Counted from the first letter of the stretch, positions 24,553 to 38,492 are shown. The stretch is 64,000 nt of DNA from Epiperipatus broadwayi (GCA_028023455.1 JAQFVV010000002.1:6324001-6388000), one strand, 5' to 3'. Notes: generated by a model from the letters alone, not told the origin. Program-made: numbers and translations.

Positions 24553-25353
24553 TAGAAATGTTATGAATAGAGATTTTTAAATATTTTCTCTTACTGCACT
24601 TATCAATTAAGAGCTTGTTTGAGTTATTAGTATGCTCCCTGTATTATATATATGTTGTGTGTTTAGTTGAATTTTACTTGAGGTTTATTTGTTAATATTT
24701 GAAACCATGGCTGTGTAAGAATTTTAGTAAACTTTTGTTGTTTTGGCTAGTATTGCAATGTTATATGAATTTCTATTTTTTATATATGGATTATGTCAGC
24801 AATCTTGTATACTTTAACTACAGATTAAATTTTTTTTTAAAATTTCAATTAAATTATTGCTATAATTTAATATTATTAAATATTAAAGTGGTGGAATTTT
24901 ACACAGAGGCTAAACTCTCCATAAAAATGGTAATCATGTGATATTTAGTAGTGGAATTTTCTAGTTAAATTATTGCTTTCGTGTTTCTAGTTAACAAAAC
25001 ACTAGAGTAAGTAGAAAGGTGTATTTTTTTTAATTATATAAAAGAAAGAATAACTATTGCTTGGAATATAGAGTCTATTATGATTTCCTTTTGTTTGCAG
25101 AGGATGGCAACAAGAAAATCATTTCTAAGGAGAGATTAGCCCCATGACATTCCAAAATGAATCTAGAGAGTTCTATTTCCAGGCTGCCTGGATTTAGAAT
25201 ATTATTTAAATAAGCCTTTAGGCAGATAAAAAAACTACTGGGGTTTGTATAAAAAATATTAGTGAGAAGATTTTTTAGCTTATAAAGATTCATACATCTT
25301 GTAATTTTATTTAAATGATATGTGTATTGTAGTTATATAATTTATTTCTATTA

Positions 25354-25768
25354 TAGGGGATTTGAACACAGACTTTCAAGCTCCTTTCAGCTATCCACTA
25401 TCTCATACAACCGATAAACAGAAACAGTGTGTGAAAATGATAAATGATCTGCAATATACATATTTTGTGCATAACCAGTACTCACTCATCAGTTGGATAG
25501 ATCGTTATCTCCCATATATATATATACTTGGTTTGTATAAAGATAGCAAATCTTCAAATTTTAATGAAAAGACTTCTCCACCCACTAATTTTTCAGCCAT
25601 TTATACCATTAAAAATCTGATGATGGAATGCCCAAATCCCCATATTGTTGCCAAAATTATTACAATTCCCATGTTGGCTTTGACACTCTGAACATCGACA
25701 AGATCCTATACATATATTAGTGAGTGGATAGCTGAAGGGAGCTTGAAAGTCTGCATTCAAATCTCTTA
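25354..25768. mobile_element. 415-bp MITE with 46-bp TIRs, flanked by TA (Tc1/mariner-like; a TATA TSD reading is also possible)
   Basis: TIRs 25354-25399 and 25723-25768 match 41/46; no transposase ORF. Confidence 0.8.
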
Positions 25769-28559
25769 TAATTACATCTAAACTCCAAGTATATAAATTA
25801 TCCTTGTATTCAAATTTTATAATTTATTTCTGTTCATCTTTTAAAGGACTTGTAGTCTTCTTGTAAATATAATAAGTAATAATGGTTCCAACACAATACT
25901 TATATCAAGGGTGCAAAGAAACTTTAACCTACTTTCATCATTTTTTATCTTTTATAAATAATTAAATATATTATTGCATGCCTTTTTTGTAAGTGACATA
26001 TCGGTCATGTTCAACTTATACATTTTCTGTGACTGCAGAAAAGACATGGCAAAAGCATTTCAAAGTATTGCCTATAAATGTGTTACATTTATATACAATA
26101 TAAGTCAAATTCAATCTCACTTCATTTGGTATTTTTGATGAAAAGTCAATTTTCATTCTATATAATGGAATAGTCATTCAAGTATTAAAATAATAATATA
26201 ATAGAAAATGAATAAAACATTTTCAATTAAAGATGATGAGTGTAGAGTACAGATATCTTTGTTTTACAGTATTTAATATAGTAGTTAATGTTGAATATCT
26301 GAGAAAAAACATTATTTGTTTTCTAACTATTTAATAAACTTCTCCAGAAATGTACTATTTCTCTCTTTTGAATATTATGAGATTTTTTAAAAATTAAAAA
26401 CTTGAATTTCTCATTTTTATTTACAAAACAAGCAGGTTCTTCTTTTTACATGGAAAGTTAAGTGAAACATTTTGCTGTACTCAGCCAACTAACATCAAAA
26501 CATTAAAGTAAAAAAACACGATGCAAATGAAATGTAAAAACTAATTTTTTTCACATCTAAAAAATTAATACATTTCAGTGGGCAAAAATAAAAGATTTAA
26601 TATCCTTTAAAAATAGGATTCAAAATGTGTATCAATTTTCTTCACACACATGCTTTAGCACACATTGTTCATAATTGTTTATGTTATCTTTGCTGAAACT
26701 TTTTGTACACTTTCTTAGAATATCTGTAGTTTCAAAGCAGTCCAATTTCTGCAATATATTAGCATACATTAATATTGTCAAACCTGATGAACATATTTGA
26801 ATGTTCTAGAGGGTACTAATAATGGGCAATTTATTCATATGTAATCTGATGAGAATTACATTAAATATGCAAAACATTATTTACTATCAAACAAATAAAG
26901 AGTTTATACATACTTATGCCAACAGCATGTTATAAATATCAAAGACAATCTGGATACTCCTATCACCCTAGAAAATTATTCTTTTTAGTGACAAATGCAA
27001 TCCTACATGTTTTGTAATCACACTCATTATTATAAAACTTGTTTATCTCTTCACATTTAGATTGTTTTAATTATTGTAAATCAACCACTGGTGTGGCTGC
27101 TGAATTAATAAATGAATTATTTATTTCAGCTAGATCAATTTTATTTGTCTGCTTATGTTTTGGAGACTACATTTTGTGATTATAGTCATACTCATGTTGG
27201 TTATCTAATGAAATGTACTGTGTCTAATGACTTATTCCACTAAAGTATCAAATGGCTATTATGTCTTTTCATTTGCTATCCAATATTCAGCTGAATTAAT
27301 AATCATAGTGGCTTTAATATTACCTTTGATATTTCATCAGAATATTTTGTATTCATACATTCTCTCTAATGTTAAATTTCCTTTTGTGAAAATCATATTT
27401 TGTCACATTGTTATTATGCATTAACACTGACATATGTAAAGAATTTCCAATGCATTAGCATTTTAAGTCAATGTCTTTTTAGTAGATAAACAAAGACAGA
27501 AATAAAAAGAAAATACTATCTTTCAAAGCTTTGTTGATATGTTTATAGATTTTATTTAGTATTGCAATTAATTGCTCTACTACCTTTTGACCTAGATCAT
27601 TTGTAATAAGATCGATCATCTTAATATATGACATATATAATTCTAACAAAAAAGTACTTAAAATGCAATGATACAAAACAGTTCCATTATTTGACAATTT
27701 AATCTCAGGTTATCTCTGCCATGAAAGTAATTCATTTAAAGCTTTAATAGTATAATCCATGCTTGTACTCTTGACAATATTGTCAAAAATTTACTTTTAT
27801 ATTTTATTCATCTCTCAGGAATCCTAAAACATCATTTTCACTTTGCCAAACATATTTTTTTATGTTTATCCAAAATGTAGAAACACCACTAATTATTTTA
27901 GCAAGCTGGTACATGTTCCACAATGATCACTATCTGGATCTTCTGATTTCTTTCTGAGTATATTTCATCTGAATGGAAGTGAATGTTTTTGTAATAGCTT
28001 TACTAAGTAATGATCAAGAATTGCACAATTTATCATTAATATTATCATTATGTTTAACATGTTGCAAATGTCACAAATACACATCGAATATATTAGTGAG
28101 GTTTGATTTAAAACTGGTTACTCAATATTTTTATTTTATTTTCAGCAAAATATGTGTTTGATCTATGATTTATTAAACTGCCTGTTGATATGTTTATTAA
28201 ACTGAATGTATATATCTCAAAGTAAAAATTTTATAATTACAGAATAGAAAGAAAATGCTTTCATTTTTTATACACAATAATAAATTAATGCTATAGGAAA
28301 GTTGCTTTTACAGATGGCAGATTGCCATATACAAATAAACTTTGCAGCACACAAGTTTTTGAAATCAATAAATGAAAATAAAAAAATTGTTTTTACTTTT
28401 AAAAAAGATTGTGGACTGTTTGCCAATTACATTCATTAAAAAAATATACTCATAGCAAAAACATTATTTTTTTTGTCTTGATTGACTTTTTTCGTTACAA
28501 AAATACTTGCTGACACATGGAAAAAAAATGTTTGCAATCCATTAAAAGCCAAAGTAATC

Positions 28560-29855
28560 AATAGGCAGAAGAATGTTTGTGCATAAAATGCTTATCTAGT
28601 TTCTACTCATCTAATATTTTCAGACTAATTTCTAGTTTGTGGTTTTCATAAGTGAAAAGACTTGGATCTAAGAGCACTGCATCTATATCTTTGGATTGAA
28701 TGCAATCCTCTAGACCAGGGATGGCCAACTTTTGTGTTCATAAGATCGACTTTTTATTTTGAAAGTGTTGCGATCGACTCGTTGTCATAGGCGATGGACT
28801 TGTTGTCATACGCGTAGCCTAAGTGGAGGGAGGTGGGAAATACATACTATTTTTATATATCTACCTAGTAAAAAATAACAATTATTTAAAGGCCCCAAAA
28901 ACTCATGTCTAGAGGAATTAAAACAACAATATTTTTTAATAATATTTATTAAAAAATATTTATTAATTCAAATTAGCTGCATTAAATCAAGATTAAAAAT
29001 ATTATTTTCAATAATGATACGGTTTAGTGGACTTCACCTATCTAGAATTGAAAAAAAATTTAGAACAAAAACAAAAAAACTTGAAAATCTTGACTTAATT
29101 TGTTTCACTTGTTATCCGACAACTCTTGCCAGATTGGACTCGCGATCGACCGGTGGATCACGATCTACTTGTTGGACACCCCTGCTCTAGACAGCAACTT
29201 TTTATCTTTTTAACTAATTATAAAGTTATGAGTCCAAAATAAAAACAATAATGTTTTCAATCTGAACTCATTCACATGTATATTCATATCATCATTCCAT
29301 TGGCTATATTAGTACTAAGTCTTTAAACATCATATGATTGCCATTTCCTATGCTTGCAGAAGCTGTTTAAACAGTAGTAACTTTCCATGCAGTAGTTTTA
29401 CCCAGTGCAAGTCATACTCATCAATGGATGCAAGAAGGTTTGAACATAAAATTTCTAACTAGGGCCTTATTTAATATCCTGAGACTATTTTCTAGCTTGG
29501 GGTTTTTATCAGTGAGGAACTTTGCACTTGAGAACAATATATCTAGTTCTTAGGATCTAAGGTATATAATCAGTAGCCACCTTTTACCTTTTTGGTTAAT
29601 TTTAAAGCTATGAGCCCAAAATTAAAACATAATGTTTTCAGTTTGTGCTTTTATTTTGGGATCATAGTTTTATAGTTAACCAAGAAGACAAAAGGTGACT
29701 ACTGGAGGGTTGCTTTTGATCTTAAGATCTAGATGCAATGCTTTCAGATCCAAGGATCTTCACTGATAAAAGTCACAAGCTAGAAATTAGTCCAGGGATA
29801 TTGGACAAGTAGGCACTAAATAGAGATTTTTATGCACAAACCTTCTTGCATCCAG
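28560..29855. repeat. Three ~210-250-bp related repeats (two direct, third inverted), each with a hammerhead-like motif; Penelope pLTR/retrozyme-like
   Basis: Copy 1 28560-28715 plus 29193-29270 (split by a hAT MITE), copy 2 ~29420-29645, copy 3 inverted ~29650-29855. Motifs at 28617-28658 (-), 29477-29518 (-), 29757-29798 (+). Confidence 0.7.
28716..29184. mobile_element. hAT (Charlie-like) non-autonomous element, 469 bp
   Basis: TIRs CAGGGATGGCCAAC / GTTGGACACCCCTG (12/14), perfect 8-bp TSD CTCTAGAC, CpG-rich interior. Confidence 0.92.
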
Positions 29856-32242
29856 TAATTACTATGGGCTTGTACCAAATGGCACTATTGTATGGAGATT
29901 TTGCTACTATTTTAACAATTTATGTAAGCATAGTGAATAGTGATCATGTGGTCTTTAGTAGTTTAAATCATAATGGTACAGTGAAATATAACATCTATAA
30001 AAGTTTAAAAAGAAATCAAGTTTTTTTTTAAAAAAATAGGATTAAACTTTATTGGTACGAAATGTTTTACATGGTAAGCATTGACTTACATAGTATAATA
30101 TAAAGATCTGAAATGATACACTGTATTTTTTGTCCATACTGTTTACAAAAATTGATCAACTTGTGACAACTCAGAGCATTAATCAATGAGATGATTAATT
30201 ATTAAAGTAAACCTAGATTACAATTAGGAATTATTTGTAAAGTCCAGAGTTCAAATATGAATAGCATTTTAGTACAATATTGAAAAATCCAATTTGCAGC
30301 AGATAAGTTGAGGAATAGGAAAACACTTGAGATAATATAAAATACATGCTAAGTCAGTCTAGTGTTCAGTTCTCCAGAATGGCCTCGAATATCCCCAGAA
30401 GAGAGCAATTCAGTATGCTTTGGAAGACTTATGGAGAACTAGAAAAAAACTAAGCTTTGAAATGTCTCTGCTGAAAACCATTCTAATCCATCATGAAGAG
30501 CACATGAACAGCTAAGGGGCAACCCTATCAATAATCACCTTGGAAATAATAGTAATAAAAATAAGGCAAATCACTTCTAATTAAAACCATTAGGCCAAAC
30601 TGCAACTTACTTTGCAATAACACATGAATAAATTCATTTATAAGAATAATGCTAAAAACCCACTAAAAATAACGTTATTTCTCCTTTCCTCTGAATGAGA
30701 AAATCAACATCAGAAACGATCCCCATAGCACTCTCATCCCAGTTCCCATATTCAACAGAACTAGGATTTAGGCTCCTGGGGCCCTCTTGACCATCATATT
30801 CTCTTATCCACTCAGAAAAACTGAATGAAATGAAGAATTTTAATTAAAAGACAAAATCACTGTAATAATCTTGAAATATCAATGGGTGCCATATAATTTG
30901 CACAGCATTTTTATAATTGTTGAAATTATTCTTACTTGTGATAACGTGTTGACATAACTTGTATATGAACAGATATCTAAGAAACTCCTCTTTTAAATAG
31001 GAATAGTTTTAGAGAAAATTAATTCCCTAAACTAAGAAAAAAGGAACTAAATGGGGACTCAGTATTAGAGTTAACTGGAGTTCGTAGATCCCTCTAGTGG
31101 ACTCAAAATTTGCTTTAAATGAACATGTGTTACATTATTCACGAATAAATAAATTAAATAAATAAACTTGTTTCTTCTAATTTATTTATATTGTTTTAAA
31201 TCCTTTAAGAAATAATTCTGATCTTACTTAAATCAACATATGGAATTGATTCAAAAAATAATAAGCAAAGGTACTAAATAAGGGATAAAATATTAATGGT
31301 GCATGCAATTTTATAAAATAAAATTAGTTTATTAATAATGACTTTAAATTCTGTATAACTCAAACTTTCTATAATTAAAAAAATCAGAATGGTTAATTAT
31401 TTTGAATAATCAATAAATAATTAAATTTCTTTTACATTTTTAATTCAAAAATATTTCTTAATTTTTTTTGTCAGTTGTTAACCTTCAAACTTTATATTTC
31501 TATATGAATCTTCATATTTATTAATTAATTTTTTGTTCTGTCATTCAAAGAACTCGCATTTTAAAATTAATTCATTAATAGACATAACTTTCTAATTGTT
31601 TTAAAATTTATTAACAGATTTTGATGATGATTCTGATGTGACTGAGATCAATAAGTAGACAACTGATATTCTACTAAGAAGTCCAACAAAACTAATTGGT
31701 AAAAAAAAAGTAGCTAGTAAGTTTTTAACTGAGAAATGAAAGAATATACAAATATTTAAAACAATTTGTTAAAGATAATTAAATATCTGGAGTTCTAGAG
31801 TTAATAATTATATAAAAAATATAACTATGAATCAGCAAGGAATGCTAGGAAAGAAAGGGAGTCTCAAAAGTTTCAACAATTTCTTGGAATTTGAAGAAAG
31901 TTGTTTAAGTAAATAAAAAGAAATAGAAATTATTATTAAAATGGGAGATGACCATATAAATATGTGAAAGTGTTGTACAAAAAATTGTCCAGTAATAAAA
32001 AATAAAACAAAATGTTCCCTACATTTATTACATTTTTTGCTTTTACAAGTGTTTTAAATGAAGAAGTGAGTCATATTATTAAATTTTAAAAGATGGAAAA
32101 AGATCTAGAGAGTAATAGAAAATAGTATTTCATATGTGTAAATGTTATATTAAAAAAATAATAAAGAAGATATTAGAAGTTATAGAAAATATTCCAGTGC
32201 ATACTGATAGCTGAAAATTAAAGAGAAAATATTCAAATCCTC

Positions 32243-32360
32243 CTCCCAAACATTATATATTTCAGCAAAGCCTTCTGTGAATAAATATAAAGTCTAAACT
32301 TCAAACAGCCAATTTTATATTTATTCACAGAGGGCACTGTTGAAATATAATGTTTGGGAG
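32243..32360. repeat. Imperfect ~118-bp foldback (MITE-like)
   Basis: ctcccaaacattata..tttca.ca..gcc.tctgtgaataaatataaa is mirrored on the right arm (~47-bp arms). Confidence 0.75.
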
Positions 32361-32829
32361 GGTGATCCAAATATTAAAACTTATAGTTATATCAGTCTTA
32401 TATCAATTCTCTGAAAAAACCTTTGCCAAGTTAATTACAATTTGAATACAGTGAAATTTGGATTCAAATCAACTAAAACAATGAGTTTATTAAAAAGAGG
32501 TTTTGTAGCACTGGATCACATCCATGATTTGAGAAAAATATAAAAATGAATCAATAAACATGAGTTGTCATTATGCTTTGAATTTGTGGATTATGAAAAG
32601 ATATTGGTTTCTATAAGTATTTCCAGTGCTAAGAGTCAAAATATTGTCATTGACTAAAAAATATTTGTCAAAAATGCAACAGCATTTGTTAAAAAAATTA
32701 ACTTTGATAACTCTTATCAATGTATGGAAGATGATTTCATATCTCCAAACTTTTTACAACAATTTTCTAAAAAATGGTATTTTGTGGATTAAATTGAAAT
32801 ACTAAAGGAATGAAAATGAATGAAACTTC

Positions 32830-33350
32830 GTGTAGATTTTGCAAAGGAGGTGACTGATTTTGGAAAAAAATGTTTAACAATTTTGGGAAATGTTTTAAAA
32901 ATTATTAGATTAAAGTAAAAAAATAGGATGGAAAATAAATATTAAAAAGTCTAAAGTAATAATCAATGGATTTTTTCATAACAAGGAAATACATAATCAT
33001 GAATTAAAAAAAGGTAGTAACTGAAAATACTTTGGTCAGATTATTACTACAAGATAGAAACATAATGGATAAAATTAATCATAGAATCAAACTTGAATGG
33101 AGTGCTTTTTGTAGAAATAACTAAATGTTAACAGAAAATATGCCTATGTATTTGAGAAAAAAAAGATTTTTCATAGATATGTTTTAATATTTTTTGCAGA
33201 TATATATGTTGTGAATAATAACAAGGTATTAAAAGTGAAATACACAAGTGAGGGAACAAACATGATTATAAAGTTAAAAGACTGAAATGGAACAGGTTTT
33301 AGCATAATACTAGAAGAGATAATAATCAATAAACAGTGGCAGTCTTGAGC
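32830..33350 (+). mobile_element. RTE-clade LINE 3' fragment
   Basis: Homologous to 38220-38492 joined to 44220-44290 (aaaaagtctaaagtaat, aaatactttggtcagatta, aaatatgcctatgtatt); shows the empty site of the Gypsy insertion. Confidence 0.8.
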
Positions 33351-33941
33351 TGGATCTCAAGAGATTTAAAAGATTTAGAAAGAGACTATATGTAATATGG
33401 CATAAGAAATAATAAAGTTTGTTGGTATAGTCTAAAGAAGAGAAGCTGTAAATAAAAGAAACTTGATTAAACTTGGAAAGATTTTCATCACACATTGAAT
33501 TATTATGAGTGAGAAAGATGATAATATACAGGTGTGTATGTATGTGTCAGGAATGTGAGGGAATATGAAGTACAATACTAATCCATATAATATCATTAAA
33601 TGTATGGGGTAGGTTATAAAATACTAAATCATTCTATTGTGGTTTCATTTAATGTATAATATATTGCAAAAAAATTTATAATTAAAAAAACAAAATTTTG
33701 GATGTTATTATGGAAAATGTATTGTTACACACACTAATATATATTTGTAATTATAAATTTAAAAAGAATATGTAATTAAAATTATATGTGCTGACCCGCA
33801 TTCTGAAGAAAATCTAAAAATTGAATAAAAATTAATATAAATATAAAATGGAAGTTAAGCACTTCCAAGTATATGAAATGTCCTCAATAATCATAGCATT
33901 AGAATGTTTGTGATAGTAAAGGTGTGTATATATATATATAT

Positions 33942-35608
33942 TGTGCCAAGGCCAATTTGGCACATGTATATAAAATAATTTTATCTAAAAAAATTATTAA
34001 AATAAAAAAAATCTTCCGTAAAAGAGTTGAAATAAAAGTTGAAAAATAATTGATTAAAAGTGGGAAGGGTTTTTTATTAAAGTTAAACTAAAGGTTTTTT
34101 TATAAAAAGGAAGTAAAGAGTTTATTATTATTAGTTAAAATACAATTTAAAAGGTTTAAAGAAAATATATAAATCTCTTCATTTAAATTAAAGAAGAAAA
34201 ATAATCTTAAAACTATTTTTGATTTTAGAATAGTAAAATATATATGTGCGTGCAAATGTAAATAAATGTAAGATATTAAAAAGAGATATAATAAATGCGT
34301 GTTAAAATCGTATTGAAAAACACATGAAAATAAATATTGAAATGAAATATATTTAAAAACACAGTGGTGGGCTACTAATTAAAGATATAAAAAAACAATA
34401 CATTTATGAAAGCTACTACTGGTTAAACAATCATCAAAAACACATTGTCATAGGATTAATTACCAATGGAATTTGACAACAGATATTTGCCAGAGGATAT
34501 TACATGGACAACATGTCGCATGTATAAATAGACTTTTTTTATCAGACAATTAATTGAGAGAGTTTTTTCAGTCTAGTTTTGCAGTGACAGTCTTGTTTCC
34601 ATTCAGATAACAATTTCTATTATGTATTCAGAAACAAAAATGCATTGTTGAGCAGCTTTTGGAAATATATGCTCGTGCTTCAGCCTTTTTGTCCAACAAG
34701 ATCATCAAAACCTGCCTATGAAATAATGTCTGCATAACAACTCAGAAATCCCCCAGAAAATGTTCAACTGTCTTCAAGAATGAAACCAATGGATTCGCAT
34801 AAAATCTCTTCAAGAAATGTCCAAATCTAACCAGTTAGATATAATCCATCAGAAGCAGCAGAAGCAGCCAGAAACAAGCAATATCCACATTCCAAAAATC
34901 CTAGGTAAAACACTTTATTATTCTCATTTATATGTAGTAGCCACCGGTGTAATTCGTAAAAATTCAAGATTCAAATTATATAAACTCTATAAGCATGCAT
35001 AAAATGAACTATTGATGTGCGTGTTTGTGAATGTTAGATAATTTAAATGTCAAAGATTATTTTTGCTCTTTCATAAAATATATCATAGTATGTTAACTTA
35101 AAATGTGTGTGTTATTTATAGATTTATAAAAATATTTATCATTAGTAAATGTTAGTTAATAAATTGTCTTTAAAATTAAACTTTATTTGTCGGTCAATTC
35201 TTTTTATCAATCTTTTTATTAATTCTTTCCACCCATAATTTTGTATAATTTTGTTATTGAATTAAAATTAGACTGAGCTAGTTTTAGGGAATGTTTCGAG
35301 CACTGGATTATGAGCCTACTGCCTGAATACATTAGTCATAAGACTAGCTGGCGCCCCGAGGTTTACCCTGAAACAAATAAAGTATTTGGATAGTAGGGGT
35401 TTGAATCTAGCAGCCAAGATGGGCCATTGTTAATGGCCATTGTTGATAGTTAAAGCTATCAATAAAATCTCCCATTTTGCTCGAACATGCCGGTTCGTTC
35501 ACGTAACATTTATAAGATTATAAATGTATTACGAAGGAGTTTGAAACTGGCCAAAACTTATATATATATACGTATAAGTAAGTGGTTTCAGCAGTTCGAC
35601 CCGGTACA
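33942..35608. mobile_element. 1.67-kb TG...CA-bounded segment in (TA)n (solo-LTR-like or unknown element)
   Basis: (TA)n|TGTGCC ... GGTACA|(AT)n (5/6 inverted termini), CpG-rich right end, interrupted frame ~34410-34830. Confidence 0.35.
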
Positions 35609-36299
35609 ATATATATATTAGATTATTGAACTATGTAAATCAGATAGTCCATTTCTTAGAAAGGGGAAGCAAGATTCCTTCTGTTTTATGGCATTATGGT
35701 TGTTAGCTATGTGTTAAGCCTCCTTGATCTTCTGCTTAGAATCATTTCATTCGATGCATACTATAGTGGCAGATGTGGGCTCTAATATATATTTGTTGAA
35801 TTAATACTGCAGAAAAGAATTTTCTGTTAATTGAAAGAAGACTCTTTGATTCCTCTTGGAGACTTTAAAGGAATTAAACAGGGCAAATTCTTCATATCCA
35901 CTCCATATGCTGTTGTCATTGCAGCTGTTATTACAATGTGATTATTCAAGATGAGTGGCATGCTCACCAACATGCACTAACCAGCACAGTGAATTATTGG
36001 CTTTTTATCTGTGCATTTAATATCAAAGAACATCATGGTCTTTCTTCTCAGTTTCCTGGTATCTCTTAATTGAAATACCAGTTAGAGTTTTTTAAAGACA
36101 GAATGAATAAGTGTGAGAAATACCCCCCCCCCCCCATAGACATTTATAATCATGACAGACAAAAAAATCATGGCCCTTATTTTCAGGAGACCATACAGTC
36201 ATCAACCAAGGCAGCAGTTGGTGGACAAAGGCAGAGAGTGCTACATCTCATTACAGATCAGGTTGCCATTCGATGATGGCCTTTTATTTAGGTACTTAC

Positions 36300-38492
36300 A
36301 ACTTCAAATTAATTTCAAGAGAAGGAAGATTGCAAGAATTAGAAAAATAACTGTCTAAAACACTAAATGGGACATTATTTGAATTTGTGGAGTTAAAAAA
36401 AATAGGTGAAAAGACAATTGGTTAAAAATGGACATAAACATTGCAAGTACAAGTGGAGTCAGGATTCATTACAAATAAAAAATGAAAAAATCATCTTGTG
36501 GATATTTATGGTATATCAGATAGAATGGTAGGATTAGTTATTCAATGTAATAGCAGATATCAAATGCACATAATTCAGATTTACATTCCAACAAGTTCTC
36601 ATTGTAACAAAGAAGTAGAGTATTTTTATATGGATGTACAAAAAGCATTTTATCAGACCAAACAACATTTTAAAATTGTAATAGAAGATTTTAAGGCTAG
36701 AATTGATAAACAATTGAAAGAAAAAAATACTGTAGATAAATTTGGCTATGGTGATAATGAGAGAGGACATAGATTTGTGGAATGTGCAGAAAATTAACTT
36801 TATATTATGAATTCATTCTTTGAGAAAAATGTTAAATGGAAGTATCCAAATGATGATATTGCAGAATTGAAATTATATTTTGACTAACAGAAAATATGTA
36901 TTTCAAGATTGTAATATTTTTAATAAATTCAACACAGGATGTAATAATTGATTAGTCAGATGTAAAATACATGTTAATGTAAAACTAGAGAAACAAAAAT
37001 TATTAAGAAAAACGATATTCATAGTTGATATTCCTAATTTTCAGAAATATTCCAATCAGTCATTTTCAAATATTATCAGATTTTGAACATGGTTCAGATT
37101 TGAATGAAATTAATAAGAAATTAACTGATACACTCTTAAAAACTGCAACAAAGATAGCTGGTACAAAAAAGAAATGACTGACCTGTAAAATTTCTACTGA
37201 AACATTTCATGAAGAAATATAAAAATATATATAAATAATGTATTAAAAAGAAATGGATCTCAAATTTTGTAAAATGATGTGAGAAAGAGTTGATAATGAT
37301 ATAAAAAAGTATAATTGTAAACTAGCAAGGAAAACTATATAAGCAAATAAGTCTCAATAGTGTTTTCTGCAATAAAAAAAATGTAACCATTACTAAAAAG
37401 AGAGATGACATCATGAAATGGGTAGAAACGTTCTATCAAGAAGTTATATAGCAATAAAGAACAAGAAAAAGTACCTTCTGCAATTACTTTAACTTTTGAA
37501 TTGACCAGGATTTTAAATGAAGATGTGAGACAAGCAATTAAATTTACCAGGGAAAAGCTTCAGTTAATGATAGAATTATAATCGATATCTTAAAAGAAAC
37601 AGATGAAGGCATAGAAAATTCTTTACACAAAGTTATATACTAAATGTCTAAATGATAAAAATATAACAGATGATTGAAAGAATTCAATATTAATATTTTT
37701 TAAAAAGTAATAAAGGATATATTAGAAAATACAGACTTATCAGTCTTTTATCAATTCTATACAAAATTTTTACCAAAATAATTTCAACTCATCTATAGTG
37801 AACTTTAGATTTTAATCAACCAAATGAATAAGCTGGATTTAAAAGTGGTTTTAATACAGTTGATGACATCCAAATATTGAGAGAGTTATAAAAATGACCA
37901 ATGAATATAAGTTGTCATTATATTTTGGATTTGTAGATTATGAAAAAGCATTCAATTCTATAAGCATTTTTTCAGTGATTAAATCATTGAATCATCAAAA
38001 TATAAACTCAGAATACTGTCATATTCTGAAACATATTTACAAACATGCAAAAACAGCATTTATATTGCTCAATGATGAACTAAAAAAATTAACATTAAAT
38101 AGAGTGCATGACAAGATTTCATATCACCAAACCTTTTTATACCAGTTTTGCAAGAAATATTTTATGAATTAAAATGGAAGCTAACGAAGTAAAAGTAAAC
38201 AGAGATTATTTAATTATCTAGATTTGGCAAATGATGTAATTGTTTTTTTTCTTTTGCAAATAATGTTTTAAAACTTTAGAAAATGATGCAAGAGTTATCA
38301 GATGAAGGTAAGAAAATAGGATTAAAGGTAAATGTTAAAAAGTCTAAAGTAATGTTCAATAATTTTTTTCAAAAGAAAAAAATAAATTTAAAAGTTAACA
38401 ATTAGAAATACTTTGGTCAGATTACTCCTACTTATAAAAACATAATGGATGAAACTAAACAGAATTAAACTTGGTTAAAGTACTTTTGGTAG
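36300..38492 (+). mobile_element. RTE-clade LINE (APE endonuclease + RT), decayed; left part
   Basis: EN-like GISDRMV...IIQIYIPTSSH...EVEYFY...IVIEDFKARI...GYGDNERGHRFVECAEN; RT-like LYFGFVDYEKAFNSI; many stops and frameshifts. Confidence 0.9.

Noticed and set aside
26784-26812. CTGATGA-ACAT...ATGT hammerhead candidate
   Set aside because: Stem II present but no GAAA or stem I/III.
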